NCBI GenBank assembly: GCA_030141605.1
Contig: JAQGDQ010000949.1
Coordinates: forward strand, 1 to 64,000
Direction: 5' to 3'
Length of the DNA stretch: 64,000 nucleotides
From: Tubiluchus corallicola
Lineage: Eukaryota; Animalia; Priapulida
The notes under the pieces were generated by a model that was given only the letters and a program-made list of their open reading frames with translations, had not been told where the DNA came from and ran no database searches. Each line of letters begins with the position of its first letter. Position 1 is the stretch's first letter. Below, piece after piece: positions 1 through 12,966 of the stretch. A program made the translations under genes and the position numbers.

Positions 1-320
1 CACCACATCACACCACACCACACCACACCATACCACTGCAGCGCACTGCACCACACCACACCACCCACACCATACGACTCCACCACATCACACCACACTG
101 CACCACACCATACCACTGCACTGCACCACCCACACACCACACCACACCACCCACACCATAATACTCCACCACATCACACCGCACTGCACCACAATACCCA
201 CCCACCCACACACCACGCCACCCACTCCATACCACACTACCCACACCACACCCCACACACCCTATCACCCCACCACACCATCCATAGCACAACACACAAA
301 GCACACCACCACCACACCAC
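1..320. repeat. C/A-rich (CACCA/CACAC-based) satellite inside Helitron copy 1
   Basis: Low-complexity cacca/cacac/ccatacca/ctgcacca units with almost no G on the + strand. Confidence 0.9.
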
Positions 321-1237
321 ATCAAATCCACCACCTCACGTGGTGATCATGATGTTGATGATGATGATGATGATGGTGGCAACGATGACGACACCTATAG
401 CACAAGCACCAACAGCACAGCATTACAACAAAACCATTCCAAACATTTTTCACAAAGTTGAAACTATGTGCTATAATATAATAAATAGCAAAGGCCCCGC
501 AAAAGATTTTGCGTAAAAAACCACTTGTAATCAATAACACGCGAACATCCTACCTAGTCCTCATTTATTACACAAAGCCCGTAACATCCTGCCTACTGTT
601 TGTTTAACTAACGCAAAGCCTGTAGCTTTTGCTGAATTAAAGTTATAAGAATACAGCAGAGTACAATGGATGACGTCACAACAATAGCTTTGCGTCAGCA
701 GTTTTCTAAGCGAAAATTGCCGAAAATAGAACTCCTAATTAACTCGTTGATACTCCTCTCGGTGGATCTGCTCTAACATATAGCCCACATCATCATGTAG
801 CCCCGTTCTTCCTCTTTCTGATGAGCTATATATCTCCTTCCTAGAGTCCCACCGGGCGACGCTAGAACGTTTTTCCCGCAGGCTGTTTGGTCAAAATTTC
901 GAAAAAATCGCGAGTTGGGTCCGGGAAAACGCCCGTTGCGGGGCACCGTGGCCCTCTCGCGAATTCTAAATAGGCCTATGACACCCACCGCTGAACGGGC
1001 TATCTATCCATACCCAGCACCCCCCTCGGCCCGTTCCCGTTCTCTACATCTCAGCCGTATAACTTTTGCAAAAAACGGCCGAAAAAGGGCCATTTTTGGA
1101 GGTTTTTCGCCTCCCGTTCCTCCCGGCGGGCCCCATTCGAAAAATAAACCATCAATGAGACGACACTAGATCGAGGCCTTTCGTTTGATATATGGATCGC
1201 CGCAAATGGTACCCTCGTCCGGGCTGTAGCCTCGAAT

Positions 1238-1279
<42 letters not shown>

Positions 1280-1301
1280 AAGAATATTAATATAGTATAG
1301 A
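1..1301 (-). mobile_element. Non-autonomous Helitron-like element, copy 1 (3' part runs off the window start)
   Basis: On the minus strand it starts A|TCTATACTATATTAATATTCTTGG at 1301, followed by (TA)n. The body is colinear with 1316-2976, including the CACCA satellite. Confidence 0.7.
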
Positions 1302-1315
1302 TATAATATAAGGGA

Positions 1316-2976
1316 CTAGCCAAACCCCACAAAAAGAATTTTGTGCACAAATCAACACAAAACCCACACCACACCACTCCACCTCATCACACCACACTGC
1401 ACCACACCATACCACTCCACCACATCACACCGCACAGCACCACACCATAACACCACACTGCACCACACCACCCACCCACCTACACACCACACCACCCACA
1501 CCATACCACTCCACCACATCACACCACACCGCACCACACCATACCACCTACACACCACACCACCCACACCATACCACTCCACCACATCACACCACACTGC
1601 ACCACACCATACCACTGCACCACCCACACACCACACCACACCACCCAACCCACACACCACACCATACCACTGCACCACCCACACACCACACCATACCACT
1701 GCACCACCCACACACCACACCACACCACCCACACCATAACACCACACTGCACCACACTGCACAGCACCACACCATAACACCACACTGCACCACACCACCC
1801 ACCAACCTACACACCACACCGCACCACACCATACCGCTGCAGCACACCGCACCACCCACACACCACACTACACCACCCACACCATACGACTCCACCACAT
1901 CACACCACACTGCACCACACCATACCACTGCACCGCACCACCCACACACCCTATCACCCCACCACACCATCCATAGCACAACACACAAAGCACACCAAAT
2001 CAAATCCACCACCTCACGTGGTGATCATGATGTTGATGATGATGATGATGGTGGCAACGACGACGACACCTATAGCACAAGCACCAACAGCACAGCATTA
2101 CAACAAAACCATTCCAAACATTTTTCACAAAGTTGAAACTATGTGCTATAATAAAATAAATAGCAAAGGCCCCGCAAAAGATTTTGCGTATAAATACACG
2201 TGTAATCAATAATACGCGAACATCCTACCTAGTCCTCATGTATAACGCAAAGCCCGTAACATCATGACTACTGTTTGTTTAACTAACGCAAACCCGTAGC
2301 AGGCAGCTTTTTGCTGAATTAAAGCTATAAGATTATAGACAGAATACAATGGATGACGTCACAACAATGCCTTTGCGTCAACAGTTTTCTAAGCGAAAAT
2401 TGCCGAAAATGGAACTCCCAATTAACTCGCCAATACTCCTCTCGGTGGACCTGCCCTAACATATAGCCCACATCATCGTGTAGCCCCGTTCTTCCTCTTT
2501 GTAAAGAGCCCCATATCTTCTTCCGAGAGTCCCACCGGGCGACGCTAGAACGTTTTTCCCGCAGGCTGTTTGGTCAAAATTTCGAAAAAATCGCGAGTTG
2601 GGTCCGGGAAAACGCCCGTTACGGGACGCCGTGGCCCTCTCGGGAATTCTAAATATGCCTACTACACCCACCGCTGAACGGGCTATCTATCCATACCCAG
2701 CACCCCCCTCGGCCCGTTCCCGTTCTCTACATCTCAGCCGTATAACTTTTGCAAAAAACGGCCGAAAATGGCCATTTTTGGAGGTTTTTCGCCTCCCCTT
2801 CCTCGCGGTGGGCCCAATTCGACAAATAAACCATCAGTGGCACGACACTAGATCGAGACCTTTCGTTTGATATATAGATCGCCGCAAATGGTGCCCTCGT
2901 CCGGGCTGTAGCCTCGAATCTTATATATAAATAAATATATATATATATATACCAAGAATATTAATATAATAGTAGA
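1316..2976 (-). mobile_element. Complete non-autonomous Helitron-like element (~1.66 kb), copy 2
   Basis: Minus strand: 5' end A|TCTACTATTATATTAATATTC at 2976 and 3' end GGTTTGGCTAG|T at 1316. A subterminal hairpin CACAAAA-n4-TTTTGTG lies at 1328-1345. No TIRs or TSD. TC...CTAG, an A|T target and a 3' hairpin are established Helitron hallmarks. Confidence 0.75.
1362..2000. repeat. C/A-rich (CACCA/CACAC-based) satellite inside Helitron copy 2
   Basis: Recurrent ACACCATACCACT(C/G)CACCAC blocks with variable spacing. This explains the spurious H/T/P-rich and W/C/G/V-rich ORFs. Confidence 0.9.
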
Positions 2977-5799
2977 TGTTTAAGTTTTAAATTTTATAGA
3001 TTCTTCATATTTATAAAACATTTACTTCTGAAATTACAAATAATTATTAATATTTCTTGATTGTTACTTCCTGCCAAAACAAAATATATATCATCACAGC
3101 TCAAAATTGTAAAGTCGCTAAGTTAAGAAATGTTAAGTTAAATAAATTAAGAAATGTTGCTTGTCTTCAGTGGCTTTCAATATATACGTAAATATGAATC
3201 ATTTTTTGTTTATGATGCTTTACTGTTTCAAAAGACAATGTCTGCGTAGCTATTTTAGCCTTCTTGGAACTTTCAGCACTGCTAAATGATTTTTAAACTT
3301 TAACCCATGTTTAATTAGAAATAGCTTTTTCCCTCTGTAGGATTTCGTAATATGTCCCTGTCATTTAATTCGTTAGGCGCGGGTTTGAATGATTACGAGT
3401 TAGAAAAAGATATGCCTAAGTATTTGTAAGTTTTGTGATTATTGCATATACATGTAACGGATGTTAGACATCATTTCTGTTTTATAAAATAATATTGACC
3501 TAACTTTGTTAATATTTACTGTCAGCTTCCATACTTCACAATAGTTTCATGACTTGTTAAGAGCATTTGTAAACCTGTGTCGGATTTGGAAAAAAATAAC
3601 GTTTTAGGTACTGTATATTATAGTATATAGGTACATTTTTATGTTATGCAAAATAAAACAAAAATTATTCCTGTCAAAGAATAATCCTTCTGAATTCTAA
3701 AACAATTGCTGTGTTTACAGAATATTCTGCGACGAGATAACTCATACAGCCCCTGATTGTTAAGCAAAATAATTGGCACTTAGAGCTCAGGGAACACAGT
3801 TTTTTTGCAAATCGAATAATTAACTAAATAAACCAAAATACATTTGAGATAAATATCGTTTACCAGACGTCTGGAATGCCTATGCTATCATAGCCGTTTA
3901 TCAGGCATGCCTTATGTGCCATTTCTTCTCCAACTATTTCCTATTGTTGGTTTATATGCATCTATTCTGCAGGAGGATAACACATAACGCATGTCTGATG
4001 AACCGCACTTTAGGATCCTGGGCCGCAAAAACTGCTCAGCACCCGTATGATGCATTGATTAAATATGTAATATGTTATAATAATTATATTTCATGTGCGT
4101 ATTTCCAATCTAATATCACTTTTTTATGCAGTGTAAAGCTGGTGTCCTAGCATTTACTGTAAAAAATCTTACCGCAAAGCTTTTTCAATTCTAAAGATAA
4201 AATTTCATTTTACAGTTTAGTATATTTTATGGAACGCGAAATTAATTGCGACGATCGGAACAGATGGACAGAAAGTACTAGGCACAGAGCTGTCTTAAAC
4301 ATTTAACAGAGATTGCGTTTGTTGTGCATCATAGAATGGCTTAGAGTAGTAATAATGATTCAGTATGTGCAGATTCAACAAAACTGAAATGATGTTTGTT
4401 GATGTTTGAATATGATATTTTGTGTTATTAATATGATCCAAAACTGTTGTACGTGGTTTTTGAGTTTTTAATGTTAAATGGAAGATTAACAGCTTTTTGC
4501 ATTCCTTTTTACCATCTAATGATGAGATGTTTTATCAGCGTATTGATATGATTAATATTTAATATGAACAGCATGTGACCCTATATTTAAATTTAAAATG
4601 TCATCGTAGGCTTTAGTTCGATATCAAAATCATATGGAGATCGATTTGAGGACATAATTACGACTAATTTAGACGGTTCGTTTTTTTGGTGTAAAGAGTT
4701 TCTACCATTTAAAAACCCAGAGATTGTTTTAGGGGGACTCATTAAATGGCATTTTGTTTATTGAAGTTTTTATTCAAAAATTTTCTAGTGACTTTAAAAT
4801 AATGTTTTCTAGAAAACTACTACAGTTTTTGCCAGGATTTCTATTCGAAACAGCGAAATTTCACCTTGTCTAAGTGAGTTTTATATTTTGCCATGAACTC
4901 CAGAGATCTTCAAAGCTTGCAGAGGAGGAAAGTAACACTCTGAAACGGCTGAAAGACTGAATGAATCATAAGTGTCACCAAATCTAACAAAGATAATGAC
5001 ATTGTTATTCTCCACAGAGATCACAATTTTGTCAAAAAATGGAAAAAAACTTATTCATGGATTAGCAAATTTAAATTTATCTCTAGTAGTTTGAAAACAA
5101 CACTTTAACCTATCATTCACATTATGTTAAATTGTCAGCACGAAGTTCATTTTAAAAAATGTGCCCAGATGTTCATTACTTTGTATATTATATGGAGCAT
5201 CTAAAGTACAAAAAACAGATAGCCTTAGACTTACTTCCTCAATTATTATTGGGACATATTGTGAGTACCTAGTAGACTGCGTTTAAATCACCAGACGCGG
5301 CTTTTTTGCGTCCATCTCGCGAGAATGTCGGTTAAATGATGCATGACATGTTGGACGACATTTGTGGGAGTATACGTGATCATTTGATGACTCTTTCTCT
5401 GAATTTTTAAAAAAAGAAGTGGAGAACAGCCAAATTTCTCCAAAATGTCACAAAAATGTTGTCACTAAATTGACAAATGTGTCGTAAAGTTTTCGAGAAT
5501 TTTAAAATTGTTGACAAACAGTGAGTAAATAACGACAACTGTGTGCATGTTTGGTGCATGTTACGATGAGTTTATAGCTGTTTAATGAAGTAGTGACTTC
5601 TGCAATCCTAGCAGCAATCTTTAGACATTTTAAGTTTTTTTTTGAACCATAGCTGGCAAGAATATCGAACACCTGCGAACATTTTGTGACTATTTGGTAG
5701 AACTGTCAGCACATGTTTTGGAATTGTTAGGCTTTTGCATAGTGGCCGAAATCCTGCAAAAACCTGTCTTTAGAAATTTAATAATATGTGACAACATTG

Positions 5800-6725
5800 A
5801 ATGAAGATAATGGCATCAGTCTACCTCTTTGTCCTACATTTGCCCAAATATTCACCTATTATTGGGAAAAGATTTGAATGTTCAAACGTCCTTCAACTTT
5901 TAAATCGCTTTTATATTGCTGCTACATAGATGATACATATATATCAGGATCCGTGTGTAAATCTATTGATCACCTAATTTCAATTTTTACTCGTGAAACT
6001 GCTCTGCCATTTTCAGATGTCAAACATGATGGTAGTAGTTTGACCACTGAAGTTTTTAAAAAACAGCCCTAATTCGGACTACAGCTCTTTTTCCCCGAAA
6101 AACTATAGTCCAACTTAACACAACTGCTCGTTCAACTGATTTACTATATCCTGATCGTATCCCTCGTCCTTTAATTAGGGAGGTTTTATTTTTGAAAGAA
6201 ATCTTAGCAACAGACAACACTGTTGCAAAAGTCATTAAAACACTTCTAAATGAAAACTTCAGTAAACAAAATGTCACCCAAACAGCTCCCATAAAATTAT
6301 CTCTCTGTTCTTTTTCGTGCCAGAAAAATTTTAGTTCTAGAAAACAAAATTGTCAAATTAGTCAAGTCATTATATACTCAAAATGATCTCCATATCATTT
6401 TGAAATAATATCATAGCCATTTGAAACTGGCGTCATATGAAATTCAAAGATAGGTTCTCTACATTGTTACTATCAAATGTTAATTGCAAATATACATCTC
6501 CCAGCTACAACATCTACGTTTGATGGTAAAAGCAATTTGTTATTGATAACTCTAAAAAACCTAGATACATTAACATTTTGAATCACATTAGTAACAGTAA
6601 ACATTATTCAAACATGAGTAATTTCAGTATTATTACCTGTTCACCTAATGAACTTTTCTTGCTTATCAAAGAAAATCTTCTTTTTATGCACAGCAAAATT
6701 AATCTTAAAACTCAAGGCATCACTT
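5800..6725 (+). mobile_element. Degenerate Penelope-like retroelement (RT plus GIY-YIG C-terminus remnant)
   Basis: Translated fragments 'PLCPTFAQIF..WEK', 'PSTFKSLLYCCYIDDTY' (YxDD), 'LPFSDV...LTTEVFKK' and 'HI...H.SN..NFSII....NE..LLIKENLL' follow the order of Penelope-like pol motifs. Many stops and frameshifts. Confidence 0.65.
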
Positions 6726-7018
6726 TTCTAGAAACTACTCACCCCTCGGTCCCATTCTTACCCATCCCCTCATCTGTATACTTATGAACAATACTGCAGA
6801 ATTCTGCACAGTTTCAGTAATTAGCTCTTGCCTATACATATACCTTTGTTTTTGTGGTTCTTCATTCCACAGATGACACCAGCAATAAGTTGAAACACGT
6901 GTGGACATTTTTAGTGTATTTACAGGATTTTGAGTTTTTATGATTTTTAAACTCTGTCTTAAATTTGTTGTAACCCCAATAACAAATTGCATTAAGCCTT
7001 TTCCATATGTGACTATAA

Positions 7019-7905
7019 TCAGAATTTTCGAAATAAATCCTCCCTAAAACTATAATTGAACATGGCGAAGTCCAAATAATATTTTTGATGTATCATACGT
7101 CCCAGTTCCAAAGATATATTTTTGTAGTACTTAACTAAATCGTCACTTGAATGCCGTAAAAAGTCATTGCTTCGGATTTTTTTGGCAGCAGAGTTTAAAT
7201 GTTTTGGTGTTAAAATGGGTTTTAAAAAGCTAGTTGCTTCTTCCTCAAATCTCTCAAACTTTCCTATAAAATCATACTTTATATAACATACATTACACAA
7301 ATCCACATATCTCGCCCAGTGTTCATTTAATTCTGAAAATTTAGTTTGTACAATGTACGTTAGAAATTGCTGGAAAGTCGGAGTCCAGTTTGACAAGGAT
7401 ATGGTGACATTCGTAATATTCTTATAGAAGAAATAGTAGATTGGTTTGATGAAAAACGTGCTTCCAGACTCTATTTTACTTTTGTAAGCTGACAAAAGTC
7501 TTCCCAGTGGTTCCCTGACAAACAGGAACTTCTTGTAAGTTTCTAGTACCTCGTGTCGTCTCTTTTCTCTAAAGATTCTGCGAAATATTAAGGAATACGT
7601 TTCAGCATGGATGTTTGAAGCATGCGGTACTTTTGTAATTTTGTCACTTTTTAATGCTAACTCCATCAATATACTTTTCCACGTTGTACTCGCCACCTTT
7701 GGTATTGCACAGTACAGTAAATTGTAATTATGCACTACATAAGTTTCTTCGAGCCAGCGTTTTACATCCATTATGTTTGCGATATCACTATTAAATGTAT
7801 CTGCTTTGAGCTTCTCACAAGTGTCCTTTATCAGCTTTTTTCGCCGTCCATTAAAATTTTCCGATTCTGCTGGCACCATCTGTCGAGAAACCCAGAAAGC
7901 AATTT
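7019..7905 (-). CDS. Carbohydrate sulfotransferase (Sulfotransfer_2 family, CHST8-14/HNK-1ST type), catalytic exon 2
   Basis: 5'-PSB motif YCAIPKVASTTWK, 3'-PB motif FLFVREPLGRLLSAY, HW..Y..LC..C.IKYDFIGKFE and C-terminal Y.LDF.MFNY. Acceptor tttttttcag at 7906, phase-compatible with exon 1. join(11100..10992,7905..7019) = 996 nt, 331 aa. Confidence 0.9.
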
Positions 7906-10900
7906 CTGAAAAAAAGTTACTTTTAGTACTTAAGTTCAGCTTCCCTTCTTTGACTGAATTACAATTATTTATTTGTGAATAAACATTAAACTGAATTTAG
8001 AATTTTTGAATTTGAAACACTTTGTTATGAGAAAACAAAGTGTTAGTACACAATAACAAGTCTAAGACAGACAAGGTGGAGAATGACAACATGGTCATCG
8101 AGCGTCCAACCTTCTCTCATAATAGTAATAGTCATCATGAAAATAGTAATGGTAGTTGTCAGTATTTGTAAGAACTATCCTTGAGAACTATCCTAAATTG
8201 ACAGTAGTAATTGATTTAAAAAAGAAAAATGAAAAATGAAATATTGAAAAAGAAGTAATAATTCGATGACTTCATAAAATTTTGTTGGACTAAGAATTAC
8301 CAATAGCTTCTTAGGATATTGGTCCTTAGTCGGCAGCTAGGAAACTATAAACAAAATTCCGAGGTAAGTAAGCATGAAATAACTTTACTTCACTGTTTAG
8401 TGCTTGGCCTTCTAAGTGACCATAGACATCAGCCTAAGGAATGAGGCTGTGTCATTAGTAAGACCATTCAAATCAGCAATGTAACCCCCCCAAGTAATCC
8501 ACGTGTTGTCGAAAGTAAGACCAGGGCATCCATAACAAATCCAGTTAGTTCGCACAGAGCAGGTGGCTGCTGAAAGGATTTGTCTGGCCAAGCAGATTCA
8601 GCAGTGTGCAATGTGGTCGAGGAGATGAATACGGCGTTATTGATGATACTGACCTCACTGAATGTGACGCTGATTAAGAAGAAACTTGGATTTGGCTTTC
8701 ACAAATAATACAACTGTTTTCTAATATTGTGAGGACACAGTACAACATTTCCACCTGCAGCATATAACTTAGTTATTGTATTTACCAAAGCTTCGTGGCA
8801 AACTAGGCGATTCAATTGCTAAACTAATCAAAGTGTTGATAGTTGGATATTTTAAATTTTTGCAGAAATGAGACTTAGAATGAGGCAAGGCAATGTTAGA
8901 CCTTCTGTGTTCTGAATGTTGAAGGATGCTACGAGAATTTCAACTCCATGACAATTTCTCAATTCTTCACATAATGTTAATAACCACAACACTTTTCTTG
9001 TTTATCACTTAAAACGTGCTATATGACTTGTTCAATTCTAATGCTTTAACAAACTGTTTTAAATATATTGATGTAGCTTAGTTGTTTATTATCGCAATTA
9101 ACTTTGTTTATTAACAGTAAATTGTGTTGATGAAAACGGCTTAATCTGTTAGAATGTCTTTATTTGTTGTATTTTGCTTATATCTTTGATAAACCAACCA
9201 ATCACATACTTCACTGCCTTAATACTCAATTTGTTTTCAATTGCTTTGTTATAGGGTCATTCATTTCTACTTTTCTTAAGTATTTCATGCTCTTGTATTG
9301 TATGAAGCATCACCACTAGAACATTGACTAAGTAATTGCTTGTACCAAGTGGTACCTCATGAGGGTCCACCTAGCTAAGAAACTTCCCTGGTTCTGAGAA
9401 AAGTTTTTGCTGTTAAAAAGGCAACAAAAAGCTGACCGAGTGGCAGTAACTTTCTGGCAGTCACTCAGTGAACTCTCTGACCAGCTCGTACCAGTTTCTG
9501 TCAAGGCACTGCGTTTTAGCTTAGCAAACTTGGCTCATTGGAAAATGTTATCTCTCGTCACATATAATTTGTTATGGCAATATGTTTGGAACCTTGAGGT
9601 TAGAAAAGTGTATCGTCTCAAAATAAACAGACGTTGATTTTGTCAGTTTTTTCTCACCAGTGCAATGCAATACAAAACGATCACCAAAGGGAATACTTAG
9701 GAAAAGACTACAACAACAGCTTCTCATTTTCTTCTACATCAAGCATTTGAAGTCCGCCTGGGAATGGTACATTGATTCACGTACCAGCATTGTGTACCAA
9801 GATAAGTACATGCTCCGCTATTAAACATATACATAACCTCACTATTAGAATGATATAAGGATCTAAGTCTTGCTTTGAGAACAACGAAAGCGCATCTAGT
9901 TTTGTAATTACATGTAACTAGTAACGCGAAATTAAGCTTACCGATGAAAAAAATCTCCGTTCTCTCAGTTCCTAAAATCTCTTGTTGTTGGTTTCCCTCA
10001 GTAGTTAGCGAAAAATTCGACATCGCATTTTTTTGGTCAGCAAGAGTTTGTGCCTGTTTGAGGCCCGTCACTAATTAACGAGTCACATAACACGTATATT
10101 AAAATAATTAGGCTTTCGTGAAACTCACTAATTAGTTCACTAGTCAATGTTGACTATGTTTAAAACTTAACGAGATTTTTGTGAAAATGGTACCTACTGC
10201 CACTTTGATCTTTGCATTCTGTCTTATTAATTACAGCTCATCTACTCAGCAAAGGTTCAACTAGTTTGTAACAAATATGAAAGCCCTCTCTTGAGTGTGT
10301 CATCTTTAACATACAAAAACGTTGAATGCCTTTTATTGCAAATTCTGTAAACGTCACTCTCATGTTTACAGCATGTCAATTCATGTTGTCAATTTACAGT
10401 CAATTCACGTATGTCAGTTTATTGCTTTTTTTCACTTTCTTTAAATGAGCTTTTATTCTGGCAATACCAATAGAGCTCGTTTTTTTTGTTCTTACGCAGT
10501 CGTTTTCTTATTCTCTCTATCTTATTATATTTTAAATCAATTATGTTCAACTAATATTCTGCTTTGACTGATCTTGATTCTCACTGATATATATTGTTTT
10601 AACATTCCACCTGCAATCTTTCAGTTTTTGAGGCCCGTTATAGAGCTAAAGCTTCTGAAAATAAATAAACTTATTTGAGCTATAAAGGGCATTAAACTTT
10701 TTTACACATTGTAGCAATTTTAAATATTCAGAACGTCAAAATGTTCTAGCTGTTTATAATCTGCAATTTTTAGTCTAACATTAATTCAAATATTAACAAA
10801 CGAATGAAATTAATAACCAGCTGTTGACTGCTTAGCCTCTTGGGAATTTACACTGTAAAGTTTATGCATGTTGATGATTAAAGTTAAAATCAAACTTCAA

Positions 10901-10991
10901 TTTTAGAAATCTTTGCGTATTCACCTTTCCTTAGGGTTTAATGGTCAGCTAAATTGATTGATAAATCAGTCAGCATCTCGCTTTATCTTAC

Positions 10992-11100
10992 CTTTGTTTA
11001 AGGGATGCGTGTAGATTTCCAAGTAAAAAACGAGAGCCAACATTAATGTTATTGAAACACACACGAATTTGATCCGTATTGATTTAGAAAAATATCTCAT
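10992..11100 (-). CDS. Carbohydrate sulfotransferase exon 1 (cytoplasmic tail plus transmembrane anchor)
   Basis: ATG at 11100, MRYFSKSIRIKFVCVSITLMLALVFYLEIY (basic tail then hydrophobic helix). Ends AAAG|GTAAGA in phase 1, matching the 7905 acceptor. Confidence 0.75.
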
Positions 11101-11820
11101 GCTTGAGTTTTGCGAAGCACAAATTGTTATTCGTCGACTGGCATTACGTTTACATGACACGTTCTTTACTTATTGACATATTCAACAACTTTAATACATA
11201 TTCAAGAGTTGCGCTCAAATTTCATCCACTTGGGTCTCACATTCATATTCTTGCAAATTAGCTAGCAGTCGCGACGAACTCTCGACAAAACAACTTTATA
11301 AATGACTGCGGATTGAAAAGGTCGGTTTCGTGGTCTTACTGGCAGCTTTCCAGAAAAGGAATTCTTGAAATTGTGTTTCTTTTACTTCTGCTAAAGTGAA
11401 ATCAAGTGCCAGGCTATTTTTGCGAATGAAGAATATTTTTCTTTTAATATTTTCTTCTGCTTCAATAAGCTTTCGCTGAGTGTATAATTTGGAGAACTTT
11501 GGTGCACAGTTTGTCAATATTTTTTGTTTCACGTACTAAGTGTTTTGTATAACCAGCGTTTTAGAACTGCGTTGATATATTACCATTTCCTATAGTAAGT
11601 GCACATTAAAGTGAAATATTGGAGCAGCAAAGTATGCTTCTTAAAGTCTTTTTAACTTGCTTGCATATGGCTACAGGCCAACGTTTCTATCCTTTTCGCG
11701 CTGAACACAGTTGGCTGTCGTGTAATTTCCTTTCTAATCCAGAGAAGCAAAAGTAAATTCTGTGAAAATGCAAGGAAAACGAAACGTCTAGTCATTTTGG
11801 TAGAAACAGACAGTCTGGCA

Positions 11821-12966
11821 ATGAAGTTCAAACTCTTTTTACTAGTTTTTTTCATATTTATGCTGTCATATAAGTTCATAATGAATCTTCAAGAGGATCA
11901 ATTCTCTCCCAAATTATATGTTGATCGGTATCAACAAAGACTGACTACAATTCACATAGCTCTGACTGCCTGTGATAATAAGACGAGAATTTTGGAGCAA
12001 TTTTACATTGTAGTGAAGTCTGCTCTTATGGTAACATCAGCTTTTATTCACTTTCATATTTTTACTGACAATAATATTACTAAAAGTGCATTGGCTGAAG
12101 TTCTTAGCGAAATGAGAAAGACAAAACAATTTGTGGAAAACTTTTACCTTCCATGGTATCCTCCAGGTGAAAATTATACGAAGTGGTTGAATCCAGGGGA
12201 TAAACGTTGCAACACTGCATGGTTATTCCTACCGGATGTTTTACAAAATGTGGACAATATTTTGGCGATTGATTTAGATGTTATTGTAGTGAAGCCTCTA
12301 GAACAGCTCTGGTGTCACTTTGACAATATGTCCCAATCTCAGATGATGGGACTTGCGTTTGACTTTTCTGGACCACACAATTCTCGTCTAATGGACCGTT
12401 ATCATCGTCAGCATTATCAACATCAAAAGAAATCAGAATCATTTCTCAGACCCCAGAAAGGTTTAAATTCTGGAATTGTTTTACTGGACTTGAGCAAAAT
12501 GCGAAAGTCAAACTGGAAAATGGAAATTTTACAAATATTTAAAATTACCAGTGAATGTTCAGCCGAGAAAAGAGTTTTTACTGCATGTTTTTTACCACAA
12601 AATACTTGCAATGTTTATTTTCATGAAAATCCTGAGAGGTTGTACTTTCTTCCTTGTCACTGGAACTTCTGGTGGGGACACGGATTTAAACACGAATTCT
12701 GCAAGACTGCTCAAGCACGTGGCATAGGAATTGTGCACGGAGCTTGGGGAACTTTTTACAAGAAAGAGAATAAATGTAAATGGATCTTTTCTTACTTATT
12801 TAATTTGTACAAATCCGTGCAGGTTAATGAAACTAAAGTTTCTGTCATTAAAAAGCTCAGGAAACTTCGTGATGAAACTCCTCAGCAAATCGAAAACTCT
12901 GTACAAATGTTTTTTCGGTGCATGTCTGTTATAGATCTTATTCTCTTGTCTCTGAATGACAATTAG
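11821..12966 (+). CDS. Intronless GT8 glucoside xylosyltransferase (GXYLT)-like protein, 381 aa
   Basis: First ATG at 11821. N-terminal TM KLFLLVFFIFMLSY; IHIALTAC...KSAL...FHIF; WLFLP..L; DxD (IDLDV..KPLEQLW); GLNSGIVLLDLSKMR; YFHENPERLYFLPCHWNF; GIVHG. Confidence 0.85.
   Translation: MKFKLFLLVFFIFMLSYKFIMNLQEDQFSPKLYVDRYQQRLTTIHIALTACDNKTRILEQFYIVVKSALMVTSAFIHFHIFTDNNITKSALAEVLSEMRKTKQFVENFYLPWYPPGENYTKWLNPGDKRCNTAWLFLPDVLQNVDNILAIDLDVIVVKPLEQLWCHFDNMSQSQMMGLAFDFSGPHNSRLMDRYHRQHYQHQKKSESFLRPQKGLNSGIVLLDLSKMRKSNWKMEILQIFKITSECSAEKRVFTACFLPQNTCNVYFHENPERLYFLPCHWNFWWGHGFKHEFCKTAQARGIGIVHGAWGTFYKKENKCKWIFSYLFNLYKSVQVNETKVSVIKKLRKLRDETPQQIENSVQMFFRCMSVIDLILLSLNDN

Noticed and set aside
1-320. 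Telomere-like C/A-rich tract at the window start
   Set aside because: It is not TTAGGG/TTAGG, and the same tract recurs internally at 1362-2000 as part of the repeat unit.
8-2012. His/Thr/Pro-rich and Trp/Cys/Gly/Val-rich ORFs, and poly-His ORFs
   Set aside because: These are translation artefacts of the CACCA satellite and (CAT)n tract inside the Helitron-like repeats.
8560-8960. Possible Harbinger transposase remnant (DLSGQADSAVCNVVEEMNTAL)
   Set aside because: Too short and degenerate, with no recognisable catalytic motif or paired TIRs.
11797-11820. Non-ATG N-terminal extensions in the ORF track (11797, 13321, 25795, 29527, 33347, 41343)
   Set aside because: They start at TTG/GTG under a bacterial code. 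The first ATG just before each TM helix gives a canonical type II protein.
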